Assembly (NCBI GenBank): GCA_963761975.1
Contig: CAVXIR010000004.1
Span: 1,155,148 to 1,219,147 of the forward strand
DNA length: 64,000 bases
Direction: 5' to 3'
From: Vicinamibacterales bacterium
Lineage (GTDB): Bacteria; Acidobacteriota; Vicinamibacteria; Vicinamibacterales; JAMQPK01
A program made the position numbers and the translations under genes. The notes below the pieces were generated by a model. The model was not told where the DNA came from, made no database searches, and saw only the letters and a list, made by a program, of their open reading frames with translations. This document shows positions 20,924 through 31,082 of the stretch, piece by piece. Position 1 is the stretch's first letter. Every line of letters begins with the position of its first letter.

Positions 20924-22067
20924 ATGACGACCCTCATTAAACTGTTTGGATCGGGAGCCGCATTAGCAACGGCGGTGGTGTTGGTGTCGGCCCAAAGCCA
21001 TCCCTCACATCAGCTGACCAACGGTGAGATTACCGCGATCATCTACCGGCCTGACGCGAAGAACGGCTTCTATACGACGACGCGATTCGACTGGTCGGGA
21101 GCCATCGGAAGCCTGAAGTACAAGGGGCACGAGTACTACGGAACCTGGTTCTCGAAGATCTCCGACATCTACGACTTTGGCTACGAAGGGCCGAATAAGG
21201 ATGTCATCTCTGCGGATTTCACCGCGATGGTAGGGCCCGCGGAGGAATTCGGCGCGCTCGGCTACAACGACGTGCCGGCCGGTGCCTGTTCGTCAAGCCG
21301 GGTGTCGGGGTCCTGAAGCGAGACGAGATGAACTACAACCACTCCCGTCCCTACGTGATCGCCAATGGCGGAAAATGGGACATCAAGACGGCGCGCGACT
21401 CGGTGGAGTTTGCGCATACGTTGAGCGAGCCTTCGATCAACTTCGGCTACGTCTATACGAAAGTCGTCCGGCTGACGCCCGGCAAGCCGCAGATGACGAT
21501 CTCGCACGTCATGAAGAACACGGGCGCGAAGCCGATCGTGACCAACGTCTACAACCACAACTTCACGACCATCGACAAGCAGTCCACCGGACCGGATGTC
21601 GAGATCACCGTGCCGTGGCAGATGACGCGCGCCGCCGGACGCGGCGGGCAGGGCGCCCCCCCGGTGCTCCGGGCGCAGCACCTGCCCGTCAAGGCCCACC
21701 ACCGGTGAACCCCTACGCGCCGCTGGAGGCCGGCGAACGCATGGGCACGCAGTGCGCCCAGGAGCAGATGCGATCGTTGGCGAGCCCACAAGGCAACAAG
21801 CTCGTGTATTCGAAGGTGCTCGAAGGGTCCGAGTGTTATCAGGCCAGCTTCACCGGTTTTGGTGCGGACCCGAAGGACAACGACGTCCGCATCGAGAATA
21901 GGAAGACGGGCGCGGGCGTTCGCATCACGGGAGATCGGCCGGTGACACGGTTCGGGTACAGGTCGATCCGGACAGTCGTGGCGCCCGAACCTTACATCGA
22001 CATCAACATCGAGCCGGGCCAGCAGTTCAGCTGGACGTACACGTTCGACTTCTACACAACGAAGTAG
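20924..22067 (+). pseudogene. Exported conserved hypothetical protein, two frameshifts (or assembly indels)
   Basis: Three colinear track fragments: 20696..21316, 21328..21708, and the tail of 21282..22067. GGAGG at 20912-20916 precedes ATG 20924 (alternative ATG 20918), giving signal MTTLIKLFGSGAALATAVVLVSAQ. Frame changes fall near 21281-21292 and between 21600 and 21708; a C7 run at 21656-21662 is the obvious candidate. Confidence 0.6.
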
Positions 22068-22097
22068 CGGTGCCACACGCAAAAGGGAGTCAGGGGC

Positions 22098-24050
22098 ATG
22101 AAGAGGTTTGCGCAACGCGCGTGGAGCGCGATCGTGTTTGCATCGGTCGTCGTGCTGGCGGCAAGCGCATCCGCGCAGTCGGAAAGCGCCGGCGTCGCCC
22201 AGTACTTCAACAACTGCGCGTCGTGCCACGAAAGCAACGACCCTGGGCATCAGGCGCCGAAGACGTCGGTCCTCAAGCAGATGACGCCGGAACGGATCCT
22301 CGAGATCATGACGACCGGCTCGATGCGAAACATCGCCGCCGGATTGAGCGATCAGGACAAGCGACTGATCGCCGAATGGGTCGGCGGGCGGAAACTCGAC
22401 AGCGAATTGGTTGGGGCGCCCGAGAAGATGCCGAACCGGTGCGCGAGTAGTCCGCAAGTCCGCCAGTCGGGAGCGCCGGCCTGGAACAGCTGGGGCGTCG
22501 ACTACCGGAACTCGCGCTACCAGCCCGGACCGGCGGCCGGCCTCACGCCCGGGCAGGTGTCGCGCCTGCAACTGAAGTGGGCGTTCGGGTTTCCGGGCGC
22601 GACAGCGCTGTATGGCCAGGCCGTACACGACGGCCGGCTGTATGTGACGTCGAATGCCGGCTACGTCTACTCGCTCGACGCCGAAACGGGATGCGTGCAC
22701 TGGGGCTTCCGCGCCGATTCGGTGGTGCGGAGTGGGTTCAGCATCGGCCAGCTCAACCCGAAGGACCCCCGGTTACTCATCTTCTTCGGCGATATTCGCG
22801 GCAACGCGTACGCACTCTCCGCGAGCACGGGCGAGCAAGTCTGGAAGACGCTCACCGATCCCCATCCTCTCGCGCGGATCACCGGGACGCCGGTGCTCTT
22901 CGAAGGACGTTTGCTCGTGCCGGTCGCCTCGCTCGAAGAGCCAGAGTCGGGACAGGCCGACTACGCCTGCTGCACCTTCCGCGGCTACATGTCGGCCCTC
23001 GACGCGACGACCGGGCGTCAGATCTGGAAGACGTTCACGATTCCGGAAACCCCGCGAGTCGTTGGCAAGAACTCGCGGGGCAAGGACATGCTCGAGCCGT
23101 CGGGCGCGGGCGTCTGGGTAACGCCCACGATCGACGTCAAACGGCGCGCGCTGTACCTCACTACCGGCAACGCCTTCTCGGGCGCACCAAAAACCGCGAA
23201 CGCGATCATGGCGATGAACATCGACACAGGCAAGGTGCTGTGGTCGATGCAGGCGCTCCCCTTGGACACGTGGCACGGCGGGTGTGTGCAGAACATTCCC
23301 GGGGGACAGTGGCCCTCCCGCGCTGGCGGCGCTGGACGTGGCGGCCGCGCCGGGGGTCCTGCCGTTCCTTATCCGCCGGAGAACTGCCCAGCGGTGCTCG
23401 GCCCCGACTGGGATTTCGCGGCGCCTGCTGCACTTGCCACGACCACCGACGGCCGCGACATCATCATCGCGCCGCAGAAACAGGGTCTCGTCTGGGCGCT
23501 CAATCCGGATAACGGCCAGGTGCTCTGGAAGCAGGATGTGGCGCGCGAAATCGCGGGCGGGCGCGGCGAGACGCTCTTCGGCGGCGCGGTGGACAACGAG
23601 AAGGCCTACTTCGGCTTGATCAGCAGCGGGCATCTTGCGCTCGATCTCAAGACCGGCGAAGAAGTCTGGTACACGCCGCTCGTTGCGCCCCAGGGTCGCG
23701 AGAACCAGCGCGGGGTCGTCGGCGCCGTCACGCTGATTCCCGGCGTGCTTCTGTCGGGAGCGCGCGACGGCATGATTCGCGCTAGCTCGTCGCGGACCGG
23801 TCAATTGCTCTGGGAGTTCGACAGCAGGCAGGAATTCACCACGGTCAACGGCGTGCAGGCACGTGGTGGTTCGGCAGCGTCGGGTGGGCCGGTCGTCGCC
23901 AACGGCATGGTGTTCATCGGCTCGGGGTATCCGGGCTTTCAAGGGGGACAACCAGGCAATGTGCTCCTCGCGTTCGCACCATCGGTGCGGCTCGACGTTC
24001 ATGCCGACGAATTGAAACGAAAGGCCGCAGGCACACCAGTCGGACGTTGA
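22098..24050 (+). CDS. Quinohemoprotein: N-terminal cytochrome c + PQQ beta-propeller (PVA-dehydrogenase-like architecture)
   Basis: 650 aa with a signal peptide. Heme motif CASCH near the N-terminus, propeller repeats, GPDWDFAAP. Confidence 0.8.
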   Translation: MKRFAQRAWSAIVFASVVVLAASASAQSESAGVAQYFNNCASCHESNDPGHQAPKTSVLKQMTPERILEIMTTGSMRNIAAGLSDQDKRLIAEWVGGRKLDSELVGAPEKMPNRCASSPQVRQSGAPAWNSWGVDYRNSRYQPGPAAGLTPGQVSRLQLKWAFGFPGATALYGQAVHDGRLYVTSNAGYVYSLDAETGCVHWGFRADSVVRSGFSIGQLNPKDPRLLIFFGDIRGNAYALSASTGEQVWKTLTDPHPLARITGTPVLFEGRLLVPVASLEEPESGQADYACCTFRGYMSALDATTGRQIWKTFTIPETPRVVGKNSRGKDMLEPSGAGVWVTPTIDVKRRALYLTTGNAFSGAPKTANAIMAMNIDTGKVLWSMQALPLDTWHGGCVQNIPGGQWPSRAGGAGRGGRAGGPAVPYPPENCPAVLGPDWDFAAPAALATTTDGRDIIIAPQKQGLVWALNPDNGQVLWKQDVAREIAGGRGETLFGGAVDNEKAYFGLISSGHLALDLKTGEEVWYTPLVAPQGRENQRGVVGAVTLIPGVLLSGARDGMIRASSSRTGQLLWEFDSRQEFTTVNGVQARGGSAASGGPVVANGMVFIGSGYPGFQGGQPGNVLLAFAPSVRLDVHADELKRKAAGTPVGR

Positions 24051-24077
24051 TCGGCGACACTATAGTGCGTCGCGCTC

Positions 24078-26492
24078 ATGCAGCACCGGCCGACAGAGGC
24101 GGACCGCCAGTTCGGCGTATATCGAGTCGCGGCGCCGCTCGGCAAGGGCGGCATGGGCGAGGTCTATCGCGCGCGCGACACCCGGCTCGGGCGCGACGTC
24201 GCGATCAAGATCCTGCCGCCGGACTTCAAGGACGATCCCGATCGACTGGCCCGCTTCGAACGCGAAGCGCGGCTACTGGCGTCGCTCAATCACCCGCACA
24301 TCCTCACCATCCACGAAGTCGGCGACTCCGACGGACGTCCTTACCTCGTCACGGAATTCGCCGGCGGCGGCACGCTCGGTGAATGGGCGCATCAGAAGGA
24401 ACGCTCCTGGCGCGAAATCGTCGACATGATCGTGAGCGTCGCCGATGGGCTCGCGGCGGCGCATGCCGCCGGCATTCTGCACCGCGACATCAAACCGCAG
24501 AACATCCTGGTGACGTCGGCTGGATATGCCAAGCTCGCCGATTTCGGCCTGGCCGTCTTCACGCCGGGCGCCGACGGCAACAGCAATGCCCCAACGGCCG
24601 AAATTTTCCGAACTCAGACCGTTGTCGTCCTCGGCACGCCGGCTTACATGTCGCCGGAGCATGTGACCGGTGGACAACTCGACGCGCGCAGCGACATCTT
24701 TTCCTTCGGCGTCGTCCTCTACGAGCTGTTGGCACGTAGGCGACCGTTCCACGGTCCAACCGTTGCGGCGCTGACGCACGCGATCGCGTACGAACCGGCG
24801 CCGCCGCTGCCTGACGACATCCCTTCCGATCTCCGTGCCGTCGTCGCGAAGACGCTCGAAAAAGCCCCGGCGAATCGATACCAGACGGCAAGCGACTTGG
24901 TTGCCGATCTCCGGCGTGCGGCACGGCAGATGGAAGGTTCGAGTCGCGTCATAGGCCGCTGGCGCGCGGTGGCAGTGGCGGTCGCGTTGATCGGAGCGCT
25001 CGCCGCGAGCCTTGTGTTCTGGCGCTCCGGCCGCGAAACGCCACCGGTGTCCAACGTTCGATCGCTCGCTGTGCTGCCGTTCGACGCCGCCGCTGTATCG
25101 GATGCCCGCGAGGCGCTGCAAGGGCTTACCTCGTCGCTTGCCGACAGGCTCGCGCGTGAATCGGACCTCGCGGTGATTGGCGGCACTCGCACGGCCGCGT
25201 TTGCGGAGAGCAGCGAGCCCGTCGAGACCATCGCCCGATCGCTCGGGGCCGACGCCGCGCTCACGACCCGCGCCGCAGCGCAGTCAGGGGGTCGCCTGCA
25301 CATCGCCGCTGCGATCGTGGCGGCAACCGGTCAACGCATCTGGTCGGCGTCGTACGACCGTCCACGCGCGGAACTCTACGCGGTCGAGCAGGCACTCGCC
25401 GACGACATCGCCCGTGCATTGAACCTGACGTTGTCATCGCGCGGCGCGACGGCGGCCGGACCTGCCCGCGTCGTCGATCCTCGCGCCTACGATCTCTACC
25501 TGCGCAGCCGCTATCACCTTGGCCGGTGGAACGAGGCCGAGGTAGCCGGCGCGATCACGATGCTCGAGCAGGCCACGGCGATCGATCCCGCATTCGGACC
25601 GGCGCAGGCGCTACTCGCCATGTTCTACGGCGTGATGGGCTTCAACTACCGTCCGAACGATCCGCAGTTGCGCTCGAAGGGCCACTCGGCGATCGAGAAA
25701 GCGCTCGCGCTCGATCCGCAATCCCCTGAAGCCCATTACGCGCGCGGCATTCTGATCTGGCAGCCCTCGGAGGCGTGGCCGCATCGCGCGGCGCTCGACG
25801 AGTTTCGCCAGGCACTTGTGCGTCAGCCTAACCTTGACGACGCCTGGCATCATCGCGGCGTCGTCCTGATGCACATCGGTCATCTCGAGCGCGCGGGGGA
25901 GTTTTACGAGCGCGCACTTGCCCTCAACCCGATCAACACTCAGGCGCGCTTTCGCTTCGCACCGCTGCGTAACTATCAGCTACGGTACGACGACGCGATA
26001 AAAGTCATGCGACGCGTGCCGCAGGACGTTTACCCGTCGCAGTGGACATATCACATGGGCTGGTCGCTCATTACGCTCGGCCGCCTGAGCGAGGCGGCGC
26101 CGCAAATCGAGGCGATGCTGGCGAAGAACCGCGCCGACCAGGGCGGCGTGCTCCACGCGACGCGGGCTCTGCTGCGCGCCAAGGCCGGCAATCGACGCGG
26201 CGCCGAAGCCGACATCGCCGCCGCGATCGAAGCCGGCCGCGGATTCGGCCACTTCCATCACACCGCGCTGACAATTGGCGAGGTCTACGCGCAGCTCGGC
26301 GATCTCGAGTCGGCGCAGCAGTGGGTGGAGAACGCGGCCAATGATGGCTTTCCGAACTACTCGTTCTTCGAAGTCGATCCGCACCTTGCGCCGCTTCGCG
26401 CGACCGAACGGTTCCGTCGGTACCTTGCGCAGCTGCGTGCGGAGTGGGAGCACATCGGCGCCGAAGACGACGACCCTCGACCGAAGCGCTGA
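24078..26492 (+). CDS. Ser/Thr protein kinase with TM segment and C-terminal TPR domain
   Basis: 804 aa. LGKGGMGEVYRARD, VAIKIL, HRDIKPQNIL, ADFGLA, GTPAYMSPE, then TPR-like repeats. Confidence 0.9.
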   Translation: MQHRPTEADRQFGVYRVAAPLGKGGMGEVYRARDTRLGRDVAIKILPPDFKDDPDRLARFEREARLLASLNHPHILTIHEVGDSDGRPYLVTEFAGGGTLGEWAHQKERSWREIVDMIVSVADGLAAAHAAGILHRDIKPQNILVTSAGYAKLADFGLAVFTPGADGNSNAPTAEIFRTQTVVVLGTPAYMSPEHVTGGQLDARSDIFSFGVVLYELLARRRPFHGPTVAALTHAIAYEPAPPLPDDIPSDLRAVVAKTLEKAPANRYQTASDLVADLRRAARQMEGSSRVIGRWRAVAVAVALIGALAASLVFWRSGRETPPVSNVRSLAVLPFDAAAVSDAREALQGLTSSLADRLARESDLAVIGGTRTAAFAESSEPVETIARSLGADAALTTRAAAQSGGRLHIAAAIVAATGQRIWSASYDRPRAELYAVEQALADDIARALNLTLSSRGATAAGPARVVDPRAYDLYLRSRYHLGRWNEAEVAGAITMLEQATAIDPAFGPAQALLAMFYGVMGFNYRPNDPQLRSKGHSAIEKALALDPQSPEAHYARGILIWQPSEAWPHRAALDEFRQALVRQPNLDDAWHHRGVVLMHIGHLERAGEFYERALALNPINTQARFRFAPLRNYQLRYDDAIKVMRRVPQDVYPSQWTYHMGWSLITLGRLSEAAPQIEAMLAKNRADQGGVLHATRALLRAKAGNRRGAEADIAAAIEAGRGFGHFHHTALTIGEVYAQLGDLESAQQWVENAANDGFPNYSFFEVDPHLAPLRATERFRRYLAQLRAEWEHIGAEDDDPRPKR

Positions 26493-26513
26493 CACGTGGT
26501 TCGATCGTCTTCG

Positions 26514-29218
26514 TTACGGGACGGAAACGCGATAGATGTTGCGCTGCGTCGAAACCTTGCTGAAAACATACATCGACGGGTTCGGGCCTGGAACTGTGTG
26601 CTCCCCTTCGACGACGAGGCGAGCACCGGGAAGCGCTGCGAGATTGTCTTTCGACTGTATTCCCCCGGCGGGTATCTCCGGCAGCAATCGACCGGACTGC
26701 AGTGGAAGCGCGTAGGTCGAATTCGCGAAGTTCACGTAGACGAATGCGCTGTCAGGGGACCAGCCGAAATAGAACGGCATTGGTTCGGTCCCCCACGGCG
26801 GCGCACATTGATCGCAGAGTCTCAATGGAGGACCGCCTCGGGCGGGGTACACGATCAGGGCCCCCCACGCGGTCGGGTCGATCACAGCAATCCATTGCCC
26901 GTCTGGCGACACGGCCATCGGGGCGAGCGGCGCCGCGAACACCTTTTGCAACTCACTCCCGTCTTCCTTGATGCGATACGCATAAAACTGGTCCTCTCCC
27001 GAGCTCCCGAAAATCACTTCTCCGGCCCTGCCAAAGAATGCAACCGCCGCATCCATCGTCGTGAGCTGCCGCGGCTGCATCGCCCCGTTCAGAGACGCGA
27101 GCCACACCGGCGTTCGTCCCTGTTCGTCCACCGCAACGAACACCACGCGTTGGCCGTCGGCGGCGAGCGAATAGTGCACCATGTGAAAGGCCGGCAGGAG
27201 GCGCTGACGCTGTCCGGTCTCCAGGTCGGCCATCCACAAGACGCCTTGATTCCAGCTCCGCAGACCGTACGATCGGTCGAGGTAATACAGTTTCTTTCCG
27301 TCGGGGGAGAGAGAGGGCATGAATCCGTAGCCTTCCGAGGTTATCTGACGGTCCCCGCGCGAGTCGTGAACCCACAGCGTGCTCTGGCTCGTGCCGATGG
27401 ACGTCACGAAGGAACGTCCACCCGGCGCGAAATGAATCCCCTCTTCCGTGCCCACGCCGAACGTCACCTGCTCCGGCGTGCCGTCAGGAAACGATTGACG
27501 CCAGATGTGAACGCCATTCCTCGTCATCGCGGTGAAGTACATCCACTTTCCATCAGGGGACCACGCGGCATCGGTGCACTGCGAGGGCGCTGGACCGACG
27601 AGTTTTCCCGTCGCACTGCGGTCGAACGGCACCAGCCGGCACGGCAGCCACGACTTGGTGTCCATCTCGATGACGAGGACCCACTGCCGATCGGGTGAGA
27701 GATACGAGCGGTGCGCCATGCCGGCCGGCGGCGGCGGAACATAGATGTTCTGCGGGTCGGTGCGACGATCGGTCGCCGATACGATGGACATCTGGGCACC
27801 CAGCCCCGTCATCTCCGAAAACAATACTCGAAGCTGACCGGTCGGATTCTCAAACCACGTGACGCCTTCTGCGTTCGTCAGAATTCGCTGCGGGGTTCCG
27901 CCACCAACAGGCAGAACCCAGGTGTCCATCGTCGTGCCGCCAGATCCTCCGATCCCGGTCGAGTAAGAAATCCGCGTACCGTCCGGCAGAAACTGCGGAC
28001 CCATCTTGGTCATGTTGTCGGTGGTGAGCTGCAAAGGCTCGCCGTCGGGAAGGCGCTTGACGTACACCTGCCCCGGACTGAAGAACGTGCTCGGGCCGCG
28101 GATAAATGCGAGCATCCCGCCATCGGGCGAGAGCGCCGGCGACGTGGCGGAGTCTGCGAAATTCGTCAGCTGGACGTATTGCGTTGCTACGGGCGTCGCC
28201 GCCGTTGACCTCCACATCATGATCGCAGCACCAGCACCGACGAGTGCCAGGAATGCGACGGCTATAGCCGAGGCGAGGCTGTGGCTTGGGCGCCGCTCCT
28301 GAGCCATCGCCGAGGCGTCGCTCTGTCGCACCAGCCGCCGCAGTTCGTCGACGACCATGCGCATCGTCTGTACGCGCTCGGCCGGGTCTTTCTGCATCGC
28401 GCGTTCAATCACATCGCGCAGCGATAGCGGAATCGACTCGGGCAACGGATCGGCGGATCGATGCACGATCGCGTGCAGGACGTCGAGAGTGGTGGGCCCG
28501 CGGAACGGACGACGCCCGGCCAACACCTCGTACAACGTGATGGCAAACGAAAACACGTCACTGCGCGCGTCGACGGGCTGGCCGGTTGCCTGCTCCGGCG
28601 ACATGTAGGCGACGGTGCCCACCACGACGCCCGTCTGCGTGCGCGACTCGGTCAGAGCGCCCGAGTCGAGCGCGGGCGATTCGCGCAACTTCGCCAGGCC
28701 GAAGTCCGCCAGCTTCGCGTAGCCGGTCTTCGCGATCAGCACGTTCTCGGGCTTGATGTCCCGATGCAGGATGCCGGCCTCGTGCGCTGTCGCGAGACCG
28801 TCTGCGAGACCAAGGACCAACTCGACGACCTCTTGCCACGAGCGCGGGCGCGACTTCATCCAGTCCCGAAGCGTGCCACCCTCGACGAGCTCGGTGACGA
28901 GATACTGGCGCCCGTCCAGCTCGCCGGCGTCATAGACGGTGAGGATGTGTGGATGATTGAGCGATGAGGCGAGCTGCGCTTCACGCTGGAAACGCCGCCC
29001 GGCCGACGCGTCGGCCAGATCAGTTGAGAGGAACTTGATCGCAACGGCGCGTTTCGCTGCGTGTCCGTCGCGCGGTAGACGGTACCCATCCCGCCCTCGC
29101 CAAGCTGATAATCGAGGCGGTACTTGCCGATGGTTGTGCCCGGCGCTGACGGGCTCACGGCCGGAACGATACCAGATTGAACAGCGCGTCGCGCAACGTG
29201 CACCGATTTTTCCTTCAA
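26514..29218 (-). pseudogene. Ser/Thr protein kinase + TolB-like (PD40) beta-propeller, one frameshift in the N-lobe (or an assembly indel)
   Basis: The frame of ORF 28856..29218 gives IGKYRLDYQLGEGGMGTVYRATDTQ. ORF 26514..29297 continues KRAVAIKFLS...HRDIKPENVL...DFGLAK. The junction is at about 29045-29056. The TTG start at 29218 is uncertain. Confidence 0.8.
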
Positions 29219-29251
29219 TCGATCGACGCAGCCGCACGGCAGCGCCGCCAG

Positions 29252-29388
29252 TCATCGGCTCGGGATATCCGGGCTTCCAAGGGGGACAACCGGGCAATGT
29301 GCTCCTCGCGTTGGCGCCAACCGGGCGGCTCGACGTCCATGCCGATGAGTTGAAGCGAAAGGCGGAAGGGACTGCAGACGGACGCTGA
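29252..29388 (+). pseudogene. Orphan 3' fragment (last about 45 codons + stop) of a PQQ dehydrogenase paralog
   Basis: Aligns ungapped with 23914-24050, the 3' end of the 22098..24050 gene, with 19 mismatches in 137 nt. It encodes IGSGYPGFQGGQPGNVLLALAPTGRLDVHADELKRKAEGTADGR*. Homology starts abruptly at 29252. Confidence 0.8.
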
Positions 29389-29485
29389 ATGTCATGCTCT
29401 GCTTCCAGTCCTGCGTGTTACTGTTTCAGCCCGACATCGGGATACCTGAAGCCGAACGCCAGTGATCCTCATAGGGGAGCAGCGC

Positions 29486-30508
29486 ATGAAACGCATATTC
29501 GTCGCGACTTGTTCATTTTCAGCCCTACTTCTGGGCACCGTCATACTCGCTCAGGCACCGCCCAGCCAGATTGATGCACATATCGCCACGGCCAAGACCG
29601 CCGCAGGACAGGATTACCGCGGCACGTTCGTCAATCTCTGTTTGCCCAGCGCGCCGCGCGGCGGCGGCGCCGGCGGGCGCGCGGGCGGTGGCGCAGCGGG
29701 GCGCGGTGCCGCCGGCGCGCCCCAGACACCGGATCGGGCCAACTGGTATGCGCCATCCTTCAAAGTGTTCGACAACTTCTACTGGTTGGGGACGCGCCAG
29801 CATTCCTCCTGGGCGCTGCAGACCAGCGCCGGAATCATCATCATCGACACGAATTTCGCGTGGGCCACTCGGCCGGAGATCATCGATGGCTTGACGAAAC
29901 TCGGGCTGAATCCGAGCGACATCAAATACGTCATCATCAGCCATGCGCACGGCGACCACGACCAGGGCGCGGCGGAGCTGCAGGAGCGCTACAACGCCCA
30001 AGTGGTGATGGGCGTTCCCGACTGGGAAGCCACCCTGAAGCGTCCGGCAACCGCCGCGGGCGGCGTGCCGAAGAAAGACATCGCGGTCGGCGCCGAAGGG
30101 ACGAAACTGACCTTGGGCGACACCACCGTGCAGATCGTCGCGACGCCGGGACACACGCCTGGGACGTTGTCCTATGTCTTCCCGGTAAAAGACCAGGGCA
30201 AGACCGTCATGGTCGCGTATTCCGGCGGCACCTTGACCGGCGCGTTCGGCACCGACGGCGCGCGCTGGGACGAATACATCGCCTCGCAGCAAAAGATCGC
30301 CAAGGCGGCGGCCGATGCCGGCGCCAGCGTCCTGATCTCCAACCACAGCGAGTATGACGGCGCGTACACCAAGGCGCGCCTGGTGTCCGCGCCCCGTCAA
30401 CCCGGTGAAAACCATCCGTTCATCGTCGGGACTGATGGCGTGCAGCGCTACTTTACCGTGATGACGGAGTGTGCGATGGCGTCCAAGCTGAGGGTCGGTG
30501 CAAAATAG
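29486..30508 (+). CDS. Exported metallo-beta-lactamase-fold hydrolase (B3-like)
   Basis: ATG 29486 follows GGGGAG, giving signal MKRIFVATCSFSALLLGTVILAQA. HxHxDH motif ISHAHGDHDQGA, and later TPGHTPGT. Confidence 0.8.
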   Translation: MKRIFVATCSFSALLLGTVILAQAPPSQIDAHIATAKTAAGQDYRGTFVNLCLPSAPRGGGAGGRAGGGAAGRGAAGAPQTPDRANWYAPSFKVFDNFYWLGTRQHSSWALQTSAGIIIIDTNFAWATRPEIIDGLTKLGLNPSDIKYVIISHAHGDHDQGAAELQERYNAQVVMGVPDWEATLKRPATAAGGVPKKDIAVGAEGTKLTLGDTTVQIVATPGHTPGTLSYVFPVKDQGKTVMVAYSGGTLTGAFGTDGARWDEYIASQQKIAKAAADAGASVLISNHSEYDGAYTKARLVSAPRQPGENHPFIVGTDGVQRYFTVMTECAMASKLRVGAK

Positions 30509-30519
30509 CCGAGCCCGCG

Positions 30520-30740
30520 CATGCGCCGCAGAACGTCACAGGCCCTCGTCGAAGGCCACTTCGCGCGTGCTCTTTCGCGAAGAGCTCTTCAAGTAGATCC
30601 GGAGATTCGCGCAGCGGACGCCAATCGTTTAGATTGCGACTGCGCCGACTCAGCCGCGGCGACAGCATTGCCCATAGGATCTCCGCCGGCGCCCGCATCG
30701 TGTTCGTGGCGGACTCGGTCCGGACCGAGTTTGAGAGCCG
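30520..30740 (+). pseudogene. Decayed relic of an OmpR-type winged-helix (response regulator C-terminal) domain
   Basis: 30560-30609 matches the corresponding 50 nt of the intact regulator (about 13373-13422, VVFRDELFKEIWGF) at 41/50 positions. An in-frame TAG at 30594-30596 replaces GAG. Weaker resemblance continues to WRTRSG versus LRTVHGDG. No receiver domain lies upstream. Confidence 0.55.
30713..30730. repeat. Perfect palindrome ACTCGGTCCGGACCGAGT (copy 1)
   Basis: Read directly from the sequence. The 16-bp core CTCGGTCCGGACCGAG recurs at 32142-32157. Confidence 0.8.
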
Positions 30741-31082
30741 CGCCGCGAGCTTACGAGGTCAATACACGCGCGACAGCAGGAAACGTGTCGCGGGCGGCTG
30801 CGCGGGTGTTGCCCCATTTGTAACCGTTGATCGGTGGCCCGACTCACGCCGAGTCTGACCTGTCGCCGCTGTTTGCGGTCTGCACGCGAGAAAAGACTTG
30901 ACAGCTTTTGACCGCGAGTCGCGTGTCAGCCGCATGTGAGGCGGAATATCACTGCTGCAACACGACGACGTTGACGCGAGACAGCGAGAATCACGGCGGC
31001 GCCCGCGAGAGCTGATCCGGTGCGAGATCGCACGCCGTGAGGTCTGCGCGGCCCTCAAGAATTGGCGTGGTATAGGAGAAGC

